The notes below the pieces were generated by a model. The model was not told where the DNA came from, did not search any database, and was given only the letters and a program-made list of their open reading frames with translations. A program made the translations under genes and the position numbers. From positions 5,704,001 to 5,768,000 of the forward strand of contig NW_025964334.1 in assembly GCF_023055435.1 (NCBI RefSeq): a DNA stretch of 64,000 nt, read 5' to 3'. Positions 39,363 through 51,012 of this stretch are shown piece after piece (position 1 is the stretch's first letter; each line of letters begins with the position of its first letter). The DNA comes from Haliotis rufescens. Taxonomy: Eukaryota.

Positions 39363-39643
39363 GGGTGGCACGGATGGCCCAGTCTTCTAAGGCACTGCGA
39401 TTCGCTGCGCAGAGTTGCGTCCCTTGGGCACGCCAGAAACCTATGATTGTGAGTTCGAATACCGGTTCACCCCGATTATGTTTCTAGGTTTGTCAGCACC
39501 ATACCCTTGCTCGGTGGTTTCACTGAAATGGTAAATGTCTGAGACCTGCATCACTTTGGGCTTTCCTCCCACATTAAGCTGACAGGCTGTGATATGACTG
39601 GAAAACTGTTAAAAGCTGCGTTAAGCCCAACTCACTCACTCAC
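39363..39643 (+). mobile_element. SINE family C, full length
   Basis: TSD agtactgatc/agtagtgatc, A box tggcccagtc, B box agttcgaatac, (TCAC)n tail. Confidence 0.9.
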
Positions 39644-40024
39644 AGTAGTGATCAGCTTTCAACAAGAACATAGTACTGGGAACCTAATTCACACTGCAAT
39701 CATCGGGTGATTATCATTTATTCCCAAACGTTCCAAAATCAAGACCTTACACAAAGGTGAGGCAAATAATCATCAACTTCATATCAGATGCCTGACAATG
39801 AATTACTGAATTAAATATACCTTCAGTCTAAACAGCCATTAGTGATGAATAAGAACCAGCTCTACCATTACAACTCACAGTTTGGATGATGTCACTGCAT
39901 TGACGTCAGTCTCACATTGATTTACTAATCATAAAGTTTGAGACAGCTAAAACCTGGGAATGTCAAAAAGTGAATGCCTGTGAACTTTTGCTGAAATCAA
40001 ATGGATTTTTCTAAACATTTCGTT

Positions 40025-40497
40025 GTGTTTTTTGTTTGTTGATCAATGCTACACTCAGAAATACTCCACTTGCATGGCAGCCTGTAGGCAATAAAATCTT
40101 GACCAGACAAACTATTGATTGATACTATGAACAACTTTCCGGGATGTCGGGCAACAATGACCCCAATCTACCAAGTCCCTGAGCCTGATCCCCTGATACA
40201 TAAGTTTTTGTTTGTTGTTTAACGCCACACTCAGCAATATTCCACCTATATGACGGCAGTCTGTAAATAAAGAAGTCTGGACCCAACAATTCAGTGATTG
40301 ACGTCAAGAGCATTGATCCACTCATTTGATCATTTGATACGAAGACACGAATCAACCAAGTCAGCGAGCCTGACCACCCGATCCTGTTAATCGCCTCTTA
40401 CGACAAGCATAGTCGCCTCTTATGGTAAGCATGGGTTGCTGAAGACCTTTTATATCCATAAGTCGCCCCATATGACAAGCATGGGTTGTTGGGGGAA
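40025..40497 (-). mobile_element. Cluster of family B copies abutting the 52-nt exon donor
   Basis: Old copy near 40025-40200 and a younger copy 40203-40497 with a rearranged head. Confidence 0.8.
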
Positions 40498-40506
40498 AGG
40501 ACTCAC

Positions 40507-40558
40507 CTGTTCGTCTGAAAGTCCTTCCTCTTCCATTGATTGTTCCAAAAGCCGGTAC
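40507..40558 (-). CDS. STK38: NDR kinase 52-nt coding exon
   Basis: tttttgccttcag|G TAC CGG...GAA CAG|gtgagt encodes (R)YRLLEQSMEEEGLSDEQ, matching NDR LE..MEEEGL.DE. Phase 2 to 0 fits both neighbours. Confidence 0.95.
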
Positions 40559-40579
40559 CTGAAGGCAAAAAGTCAGTGG

Positions 40580-40742
40580 TTGAGTCATGGTGAATTTAGT
40601 CTGGGTCATGGTGAATTTAGTCTGGGTCAAGATGAACGTAGTCTATGTCAAGGTGAACGTAGTCTATGTCAAGGTGAACGTAATCAAGGTCAAGGTGAAT
40701 GTAGTCAAGGTCAAGGTGAACTTAATCTGTGTCAAGGTGAAC
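40580..40742. repeat. 21-bp tandem repeat (gtcaaggtgaacgtagtctat), about 8 copies
   Basis: Seen directly; starts about 20 nt from the exon acceptor. Confidence 0.9.
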
Positions 40743-40761
40743 ATGTCATCGCACAAACTGA

Positions 40762-41352
40762 CAATCTCATTAAAATCAGACCTAAGTTCTCGCTTCCACT
40801 AAACAAAGATCTGAGGGCACATCCCATTACGGGTCACGTCAGAATGACCTTTCGCGAACTTTGACCGACCACTGAAATGAATAACAAGAAGTCGATATCA
40901 GCCAATGAGAAAGCAGCATTCTCGAGCTCTACAGCACTCGTTTCCACCTGGCGACTTCCCGTTCAGACTAGGCTTGAAACATATGTTGACACAGTTCTCA
41001 ATTAAGATTATGAAAACTGAACAAAAAACATTCCTCAATGTCTAATATATTGTTGCGATTGTATGGCAGCGCTTTCCACGTACTGTGCAACGCTTCCCCC
41101 GTTCAAATGTTTACCCCAAGGAGGCGAGATATAGACGATAACTTTGACAGAATCAGTCGTACGGGCCTTAAATGTCGTTCTTAATACCCCGTGTTAACGT
41201 TTTCGAGGTTGCATTCCAACTGTCTTGCATGATCTGGTAAGCGATGCTTTGATTGGTTGGATGAAAGGTCGTTCTGACATGACCCATAATGGGATGTCCT
41301 CAGATTTCTGTTTAGCGATAGCGAGAACTAAGATCGGAATTTAATGAGATTG
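40762..41352. mobile_element. 591-bp non-autonomous DNA transposon with about 90-bp TIRs and 10-bp TSD
   Basis: caatctcattaaa..gacctttc / gaaaggtc..tttaatgagattg; flanks cacaaactga/cacaaactaa. Confidence 0.85.
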
Positions 41353-43016
41353 CACAAACTAAGAGATCATAATTATACAGCAAAACATTTGATGGTTGTT
41401 AGTGTTTGAATTAAGCTGTTAGCATGATAGTCAAGGAGTCCACATCATATAAAAACACTAAATATTCAGGAGTCTCTAGACTGAAATACTATGAAAGCAA
41501 ACCTCAAAGACCACTACCCCAAACACGATTTCTAACACTGCCATGAAATACCTAAATTTGTGCAACTTAATTTGGTTTCTGCCGAAATATTTTGATTCAC
41601 TGCACTTAAACTTTTGATATTCAATGACCATTCAACTTATTTCAAGGACACACACACAGCGTTAGAAATTGGCACTAGTCCTGTAGTCCTTGCCAAACTG
41701 CCCAATGGTTAAGGTATCATAAGGGCTAGTACAAATTTGCCCTTTTTAAGGGTTTTGCTATATGTTATCATTATAATGACAAGTGGACTAAAAATGTCCG
41801 TTTCTACTGCATGGAGACCAGTTTTCTCTTCCTTTTTTTAAAACCGCATTTATGTGCAACATGGTCTTGCTTTCATACAGTGAATGAAAAAAGTTGACCA
41901 AAGACACTAATATATGAATGAGAATATAATTTCAACATAGCCAGTGTTGAAAGCACATTACATGAACTTGGAAACAACGAAAATGTTATAGTTTTGTGTA
42001 TGTATACAACACTGCAGTCACACAGTTAAGGTAAGATAACTCTAACTGAAGACTAAAATATTATATGTGGAAAATTAGGAATGGCTGAATTCTGAACCGG
42101 GAATGAAAGCATTGACTCGCGAGGTTGAAAATGACCTGCATGGCAATAATTCTGTTGTTACTGAATCTGAACTGAGGGAGTGTTGTTATTCCATTTCTAA
42201 CATTACTTCCACCAATGTATTCGGAAGAGGATAAACCCAAACAAATCTACACATCACGTTTCAATCGTCTAAATGGGTCATCCTGGTCCTAGTTTGGACA
42301 ATGGTTTCTTTCAGCAAGTAATCCTTGCCAAGCAGCAACTTGGTTCACATTAGAAGATCTTTTGATTAAGAACGTCAATATTGAACCAGAAGGTGTATTA
42401 GAACGTCAATAACCCTCACACAGATTAATATGGAACGCGAGGAGCTGCAACTGTCAAAAATTATCTTGTTCTGCAAACATTTCTGACAACATTGACACTA
42501 TTTGTTGAGCCAAGCTGTAGTGCAGATGGGTGTTCAGCCATGTATCACATCTCAATGAATACAAGACATGGACAATTACAAGAGAACAGTTTACAGTTGT
42601 GTCAGTATTTGGGACACAGTCATCACCCTATGACAGGTGAATCATTGTTTTAAGTCCAGGAAACTCTTTGCCCCCCTCCCAAGATATGAAATTCATGTTT
42701 ACACAGACTTAGAATTGAAACCCAGTGGCAATTTACTTGGTTTAATATGATTTTAGACATTCTTGCCTTTTGTGACTTGTTGGATAACCTGTGTGAAAGT
42801 CCACAGAGGTGTTTAATGATCCTCACTAAATGCTGACTTATAGTCAGGTAATAGTGACATAAGATTTGTGCATGAAAAGCTTTGAAGAGAAATTCAAATT
42901 TGAATATATGAATGAGTGACTTGGTTTTTTTACACAGATTTTACAACCCCATGGTCCTATATACGAATAAATGAATATATGAATTGGCTGTAATAATAGG
43001 ACAAAGGATTCAAGAG

Positions 43017-43283
43017 TGTTTGTTTGTTTGCTGTTTAACGCCTTACTCAGCAATATTACAGCTACATGACGGACGTCTGTAAATAACCAAGTCTGGACCA
43101 GACAATCCAGTCCATGACATCATGAGCATCGATCCATGCAAATGGGATACAATGACATGCATCAACCAAGTCAGCGAGTCTGACCATCCGATCCCATTAG
43201 TTGCCTCTTACAACAAGCATAGTTGCCTTTTAGTTTTACTGCAAGCATTGGCTGCTGAAGACCTATTCTACCCCGGATCTTGT
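43017..43283 (-). mobile_element. Retroposon family B
   Basis: Near full-length alignment to other copies. Confidence 0.9.
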
Positions 43284-43499
43284 GAGTGAATGGAAATATT
43301 AATAATCAGGACACATATTCTGTGTTCCTTACTCCACATTCAACTTCAGGAAAATTAACTGCTTTCATGCCACTGATACCAAAATGTTGTTAAGCCCACA
43401 ATGAGCTATATGAAGAGGGCTTGCAAAAAAGAAATGTTTTCAATTTTACAATTCAGTTGTCTGTACTGCTCTGGAATAACCATAAAGATCCTAGATGTA

Positions 43500-44237
43500 A
43501 ATAGTTCTCCTCTACTCTATGATTAAATGCTATATACAGTTCTACTCGATTCTATGATCAAATGCTAAATACAGTTCTACTCGATTCTATGATTAAATGC
43601 TAAATACAGTTCTACTCGATTCTATGATTAAATGCTATATACAGTTCTACTCTATTCTATGATTGAATGCTATACACAGTTCTACTCTATTCTATGTTGA
43701 AATGCTACATACAGTTCTACTCTATTCTATGATTAAATGCTGTATACAGTTCTACTCTATTCTATGATTAAATGCTGTATACAGTTCTACTCTACTCTAT
43801 GATTAAATGCTACATACAGTTCTACTCTATTCTATGATTAAATGCTGTATACAGTTCTACTCTATTCTATGATTAAATGCTGTATACAGTTCTACTCTAC
43901 TCTATGTTGAAATGCTACATACAGTTCTACACTATTCTATGATTAAATGCTATATACAGTTCTACTCTATTTTTTTAATTAAATGCTACATACAATTCTA
44001 CTCTATTCTATGATTAAATGCTATATACAGTTGCCTAGTGCCGGGTAGCCTAGTGGTTAAAGCGTTCGCTCGTCACGCCGAAGACCCGGGTTCGATTCCC
44101 GACATGGCTACAATGTGTGAAGCCCATTTCTGGTGTCCCCCGCCGTGATATTGCTGGAATATTGCTAAAAGTGGCGTAAAACCATACTCACTCACTCACT
44201 CACTCACTCACTCTACTCTATTCCATGTTGAAATGCA
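43500..44237. repeat. 35-bp minisatellite (about 15 units) interrupted by SINE A
   Basis: Unit tacagttctactctattctatgattaaatgctata; the array resumes after 44211. Confidence 0.95.
44033..44211 (+). mobile_element. SINE family A
   Basis: tagcctagtggttaaagcgttcgctcgtcacgccgaagacccgggttcgattcccga resembles tRNA-Asp(GTC); (TCAC)n tail. Confidence 0.93.
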
Positions 44238-44550
44238 ATCTCCAAGTTTTGATATATAAATTGAGTCATACTGAAGATATAAAAAAATCCACAAGCCAAG
44301 CTGATTCTGTATTGACTCCACTGATGTGACCACAAAACAACATTTATCTTTTCAGGACAAATATACAGTACAATTGTTGCTCAGTAATTCCTAAAGCCAG
44401 TGAGACTGAAGATCAGTGGTACTGCCTACAACAGGATCCTTCCCACTTCCTAGGTTGGTAACCACCAGCAATCTGGCCGGACACAACATCAGCTGTTGCT
44501 ATCCTGGTTCACCAGAGATAACCACATATATCACACAGTACATTAGCCTC

Positions 44551-44831
44551 TAGCCTTGCTCCAGGGCTGTACTGAAAGGAAAGTCCATGGATGTGAAGTA
44601 ATTCTATCCTCCTAATAGACAAGTCTAGATATGTGGACAGTAGCCTTGCTCTAAGATTGTACTGAAAGAAAAGTCCATGGACATGTAGTAATTCTATCTT
44701 CCTAACAGACAAGTCTAGATATGGGGACAGACTCCAGTCTCTTATAGGGACAACTTGTTCTTATTATTTACATAATCTAGAACTTATGTTTTAAACAAAT
44801 AATTATTCCGTTAGAGACTTGTGCAAGTCTA
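44551..44831. mobile_element. DNA element family H with an internal duplication
   Basis: Ends tagccttgctc / gtgcaagtcta; 9-bp flanks attagcctc/attagcctt. Confidence 0.8.
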
Positions 44832-46174
44832 ATTAGCCTTGTCTACAAGGAACTACACACAGATACTACTGCAGGAAGTCGCCTTATGTTACCACACTGG
44901 GAGGTAACGACAGAATTTGGGATACTTGTAGCTTGTTGGCCTGAAAACTTGTTTATTGTTTGTTTAATCACTGTTTGAGATGATGCTTTCAGGACCCACG
45001 TGCACAAAGCAATCTTAGCGCTAAGACTATCATGAGCCTATGTTAAAGAATGGGAGTTACGATCATCTTAGCTCTAAGATCGCTTTGTGCAAGTGGGCCC
45101 TGGTGTCCAAAGAAAAATATAACAAACAAATATTGTGAAGTTTGTTTTCATTAAATTCTAATACATAATTCTGATTGAAAAAAACATTGTTCCATCATAG
45201 CTCATGATGTGATGTTTTAATAAACAAAGATGTTCTCTGTGGCATAACAGTCATAACAATCAGTGTGAAACGACTAACACAAACTAGTTTTCATATATAG
45301 TTTCCTGACTTTCTATATCCTATTTCTACTTTCATTATTAGTCTAAGTAAAGGTTATAGATTCTCTAACATGGGGCAGGCTGAGTCAGGCGAGTGGGTGA
45401 ATTGACAATATTATCTCTGGTAATGGCCATAATATTATATATCAGCCACAATTTTGTCAACAGGGTTCGAAATTAACATACCATATTCACGCAATAAGTG
45501 TCCTGGGCGTTAAGAAAATTTACAAAGGGGGCGACTACTGAAATCATACACAAGTTTAATTTGTTTATAGAGATCAAGCAGTAGTGTTTGTTATTGCACA
45601 CCATTAGCAGTCATATAGCTGCAATATTGCTGGTTGTGATGTAATACAACACACAAATGAATGTAATCAGCCAGTGTGAATGTTGTAAGCCCTTGAGCAG
45701 CTTATCCCTGATCTGGCCTATCCCCACTAACCATCCCATCACCCCTGTGTCACAGTAAGGGATAATCCTCGTTATACATCATCCCAGTCAATACAGACAA
45801 ATATGATCACTATCAATCATTGGATATTACTCATATTCAGTGAACATGTCGATTAACATGTCTGTATAAACAGCTGATTCCACTGCTGAACAGCTGGTTG
45901 GAGCACATCACATCAACCACATTTCAACACAAACCACACAGCCGAAGACACACAGGAATGCATGTTTCAAGTACTGTTATTCGTCTACATAAACTTGTGA
46001 TGTGTCACGTGACTTTCACTGACTCGTATACATGCAGTTTATTGCCTCGTAGCTGGGAATACGGGATTTATTCTCCCGCTCAGAAATCCACAAACATCCT
46101 GCTTTCTTCATGGTGGGGTATGAAGGGTATAAAGTGTTTTATCAAGGTCAAGTGAACCAATCAAACTTCAATAT

Positions 46175-46472
46175 TCTGACATGGATAATAAAGGTCAGAG
46201 ATTGAGGGAGTCCTGGTTTCAAATATCATAGGAGGAAACCTCAAGGACACCTAATTTCAAACAGGTTAGGGCTACCAGGAAGGTAACCAAGGGCCAGATA
46301 GGTAAAATTATTTAATAAGTGAGTCTGACATGGATAATAAAGGTCAGAGATTTAGGGAGTCCTGGTTTCAAATATCATAGGAGGAAACCTCAAGGACACT
46401 TATTTTCAAACAGGTTAAGGCTACAAGGAAGTTTACCATGGGGCAGATAGGTAAAATTATTTAATGAGTGAG
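46175..46472. repeat. 149-bp tandem duplication
   Basis: Units start tctgacatggataataaagg at 46175 and 46324. Confidence 0.93.
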
Positions 46473-47236
46473 TTTATACACCTGATGTCGCCCAATCATT
46501 ATTGCATGTTATTGACGCAGAACCACTCCACTGCTAGCATATGTAATTGGGTGTGTCAGTTGAGCATACAATGGTTATATTGAAGGTGTCAGTGGTTGCA
46601 ACAACAAAGAACTACTCAATAAATGCAGACAAAGAACTTTGCTGCCTCTTCTCTGGTCAATACATTTATATTGTGGCGTGGCTGGCTTAGTTGTGTTTTA
46701 TACTGGTCCTTTCCTATTGCATATTGATTTGGCCTGCAATATGTATGCTATTCATGATATGTACACACTGATCTCTATCGAAATCTCCTGTAAAAGAGTA
46801 CCCAATAGTTCAAACATGCCACACGACAGACTGACTGTATATTGCAAAGCCATACATTACAATGAATTTTCTTGTGAAAAAGCAAAACAGGTTTTCACAA
46901 CAAAAATAGACTAGATTACCTTGCGTTGATATATGTGTGCATACATGTATGCATGTTCCGGTGTATTGGTATAGGCTGAATTCAAGGTTTATGGCGTTGA
47001 AAAAGACTGCCCCATGGAATAATACTCTCCACGATTTACACAAAATAAAGGTAAAATGACACCTTGTTAAACACATTAAGCATATAACATCCTTATGATT
47101 CTGGTTATACAAAACCATTTTGCGAAATAAAGAGGAAAATTAAGCAGGAAAGTCATGAGGTCCTTGTTATCACACTATTAGATGTTGAATGTTAGAGTGA
47201 AGGGTCAAATATCTAGTGGATTTAGCATACTAGCAA

Positions 47237-47394
47237 GTGAGTTTTGTTTTTACACCGTTTTTTGCAATATTCCCGCAATATCATGGCTGGGGATTCTGGA
47301 AATGGGCTTCACAAATCGTACCCATGTTGGGATTCAAACCTGGATCTTCGGATGACGAGTGAACGCTTTAACCTCTAGGCTATCCTACCGCTCC
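47237..47394 (-). mobile_element. SINE family A, diverged
   Basis: Head, body and tail align to family A. Confidence 0.85.
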
Positions 47395-48419
47395 ATTAAG
47401 TATACAGGGCAAGTTTAGTTTATGCTATACGAAAGATGCAATATCTACTGAAAGGACTACCTTTGGCTGATAGAACTGTTTTAACTGTGATAAAGAACCT
47501 TTGACTTCCAATGTTATTAATAAACATTACAAGGTATGCAATCTTCTGAATGTCAAGGTGACCACGGAAGAGAATTGATCACTGGCTCAGTGTTTTTCCA
47601 CGATACATCTACGTCACCCCCAGTGTGTACATGGGCCCCAACAAGTAGCCACAAGCTCTTATCACTGGAGAAATTCTTTCCTCCTTCAACATTGTAATCC
47701 ACTGGGTAACATCAACGATAAACTTTGTGCTCTTGCATTCCAATATTTCATTCTGCCCAAAATAAACAGAAAATGTGAGTTATTTTCATCATTTTCCATC
47801 ATGCATCATACACTAGCACAACGCGTTGATGAAAGGGACGGCTGTCCGTATTTACACAGATAGCAAGTTGGCTTAGGCTGCAGCTTAAGAAGTCTATTAC
47901 CTCAACAATGGGGGAAAATTATGCGTTATAGATAATGATAATCATGATTGGATATTGACATCTATACAACTGTAAATTATTGAAGCAGAAGAAAACTGCC
48001 ATGAAGTAATACTCAATAGGTTATCAGACCTCTATTGACACAAAATCGGTTTTCATTGACGTAAGTCTTGAGAGCTGCGATGATGACGCTTGTTGCTGTC
48101 AAGCTGCAAAACAACCCCTGAGGCAATGATATTCAATCACTTTCCTTCTTAAATTTGCTTAAAATAGGCTGAAATAGGCCTTTTCAAAGAAGGTAAATTC
48201 AGAAGTAATCAGAGTTTCCTTCAGCACAATTTTTTTCTAAAATTAAACAGGCATTTTAAGTTATTAACAACAAAAGTGTTGAGAGTCGCAAAGTTAGAAG
48301 TAAAACAGCTCATTTTATTAAAAATGAAATCCACAGCTCATGAGCTGCACCCAGTACCTTATATCTTAGTTCTGCAGAGTATAAATGTTTCATTGTCCCG
48401 TAGATCCAGTGGTGTGATG

Positions 48420-48803
48420 GAGTGAGTGAGTATGGTTTTACGCCGCTTTTAGCAATATCACAGTGGGGAACACCAGAAATGGGCTTCATACATTATGGGG
48501 AATCAAACCCGGATCTTTTGACAAGCAAATGCTTTAAACACAAGGTTACCACACCACCTGCGCCGCACTCAGCAATATTCCAGCTATATGACAGCAGTCT
48601 GTAAATAATCGTGTCTGGACCAGACAATCCAGTGTTTGACATCATGCGCATCAATCTATGCAATTGGGATACGATGTCATACATCAATCAAGTCAGCAAC
48701 CTGACCACCACATGCCGTTAGGCGCCTATTTCGACAAGCATGGTCGCCTCTTACGGCAGGCATGGGTTGCTGAAGACCAATTCTAACCCGGGATCTTCCC
48801 AGG
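48420..48803 (-). mobile_element. Fused SINE A (48420-48560) and tail-less family B (48561-48803)
   Basis: Direct junction of the A head with the B 3' region. Confidence 0.8.
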
Positions 48804-49081
48804 AAGACAAATCAAGTCTTGATTCAGTTGTAACAATGACTTGAGAATCTACAAGGAGTTATCATAAAACTGAATACGTAAGTAGTCTTAAATATATCTG
48901 CCAGACAGCCTGGCAGTTGGAGGAAAATATTCATGCAGCCTGACAAAAAAGGTATCTTCCACGGGCAGCGGGCCGGCAGTTATTTTGGACAGTGACACCA
49001 GGCTGCATGTGCTTCAGTTTGAACTACAGCTGTACAACGCAGGGCAATATAACTACTGTAGTGTGGGTGTACTTAGCTCAC

Positions 49082-49206
49082 CTTGTTTCCCGTTCCTCAT
49101 GCTGAGAAATGAGATTTGAGTAGTAGTTCTCCAAGGTAACCTTGGCTTTTGTCACCTTGTCAATGGTGTGGTTAGAGATAGGCACTTGTTCTCCCACTGT
49201 GGCCAT
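49082..49206 (-). CDS. STK38: NDR kinase (STK38/STK38L/tricornered), first conserved coding exon; exon spans 49082-49221 including a 15-nt leader
   Basis: Reverse strand reads MATVGEQVPISNHTIDKVTKAKVTLENYYSNLISQHEERET+AG, matching the NDR N-terminal region (SNHT..VT..KVTLEN.YSNLI.QHEERE). Acceptor taatttcag ends at 49222, start context ccaagATGG, donor AG|gtgagc, phase 2. Confidence 0.96.
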
Positions 49207-49558
49207 CTTGGAGCGACGACTCTGAAATTATAGATCAATGTACAGAATAATTGATGGTAAAATCAATTAAGACCATGGTTCAGACATCCTGCAACAGGTG
49301 GTTATTGAAAGTAACCAAGCATATGTTGTACCCTTGTCAGGAATCGAACCTGGGTCTTCAGCGTGACGAGCGAACGCTTTCGGCACAAGACTACCCGACC
49401 GCCCCTTGGGCATGACAGATTAACTATAGTTATATGAAAGATTTGGGTGGTCCTTAACTTCTTTTGAGTAGGATATTTGCAGTAGAAGCATGAAAATATC
49501 TTGCATTACGTAATATATTCACAAGACCATGGATACAGGAGAACATACGCCCCCTTGT

Positions 49559-49715
49559 CAGGGTTAGAAATTGGCACTAGTCATGTAGTCCTTGCCAAAC
49601 TGCCCAATTAGTTAAGGTATCATAAAGACAAGTAGAAATTTGTCACTTTTAAGTGTTTTGCTATATGTTATCATTGTAAGGACTAGTGGACTAAAACTGT
49701 TAGTTTCTAACCCTG
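49559..49715. mobile_element. MITE family E
   Basis: Perfect TIR cagggttagaaa/tttctaaccctg; flanks cttgt/cttga. Confidence 0.9.
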
Positions 49716-49809
49716 CTTGAAAGAGTTACCCCTGTGGATGTGTATCACAGTACCCTGAGGCTCATGCTATCAACCACTCCTTTGTCTGGTCAAGACCTCA
49801 AGTTTAATA

Positions 49810-50158
49810 CCGTATTCGACGTAATAAGCGCCCTGCTCTAATAAGCGCCCACAGTGACATTTGCTGATATATTGGCTGGTGAACAATCCCAATTAGCAGC
49901 CCTTTCCGATTGATCAATGTACACAAGACTAATTTATTCGTGTATAATACACACTCGTGTGTTATATGCACCCTTAATTATGGGTAATGAAATTCTGGAA
50001 AAATATATCTGTCATACATAAACATTTCAGGCTGTCTGCATAACCATGAAATTTAACTTTCAACTCTGTTTTTTTTTTTTCACCAAAATAATATTCTAAT
50101 AAGAGCCCCCTATTTCTAATTTTGAGAGCGCCCTGGGCGCTTATTACACTGAATACAG
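49810..50158. mobile_element. MITE family F
   Basis: TA-flanked ccgtattcgacgtaataagcgccc TIR; inverted relative to 11865-12213. Confidence 0.9.
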
Positions 50159-50329
50159 TATTTCCATTGACTGCGCTGACTACGGCATAGGACAGCATTT
50201 ACTCTGTATTTATTATCATCAATAACAAATTACATAGGTTTTATGTTATTGCGTGGAATTTAGTTAATAATCTGCTTTGATAAACACAGGCCCACAACGC
50301 AACACTAATGACAGACTGTTTTTCTATGA

Positions 50330-50603
50330 TTTGTTGGTTGGTTGGTTTGTTGTTTAACGCTGCACTCTGCAATGTTCCAGTTATATGACGGCGGTCTGTA
50401 AATAATCGAGTCTGAACCAGACAATCCAGTGATTGACATCATGAGCATCGACCCACGCAATTGGGATACGATGACATGCATCAACCAAGTCAGCGAGCCT
50501 GACCACCCGATCCCGTTAGTCGCCTTTTACGACAAGCAAAGTCGCCTTTTACGGCAAGCATGGGTTGCTGAAGACCTATTCTACACCGGAATCTTCACGG
50601 GTC
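50330..50603 (-). mobile_element. Retroposon family B, full length
   Basis: Perfect 12-bp TSD gtttttctatga. Confidence 0.95.
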
Positions 50604-50839
50604 GTTTTTCTATGAAGTATGTGTGACAAGAATGTTAGATGTACAAATCACATAGAGCTCTTCCTACTACTGGTGTTGTTTGTGGAGTCTCTGGACTACT
50701 TCAGAACGTAACACATCAACCTACTTACTGACACAGCTTAAGTGAAAGGTACTGAAACACATCTTATACTACTCAATAGAAGTTTAGGACCACCTGATTC
50801 TTTCATATTACTAAGTTAATCTGTCATGACATGGTTTGA

Positions 50840-51012
50840 GTGAGTGAGTGAGTGAGTGAGTATGGTTTTACGCCGCTTTTAGCAATATTCCTGCAATATC
50901 ACGGCGGGGACACCAGAAATGGGCTTCACACATTGTACCCATGTTGGGAATCGAACCCGGGTCTTCGGCGTGACGAGCGAACGCTTTAACCACTAGGCTA
51001 CCCGACCGCCCC
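50840..51012 (-). mobile_element. SINE family A, full length, young
   Basis: Perfect 13-bp TSD tgacatggtttga; intact A and B boxes. Confidence 0.95.

Noticed and set aside
44041-44105. tRNA-Asp gene (and other tRNA-like heads)
   Set aside because: No proper acceptor stem; continuous with SINE bodies, tails and TSDs.
49210-49220. 11-nt inverted match (gtcgtcgctcc) between the first-exon leader and the 123-nt exon
   Set aside because: Too short to distinguish from chance.
50490-50603. Canonical HDV-like ribozyme in the family B head
   Set aside because: I could not place a 3-bp P3 with the pyrimidine-rich L3/P1.1 pairing, so the fold is reported as unclassified.
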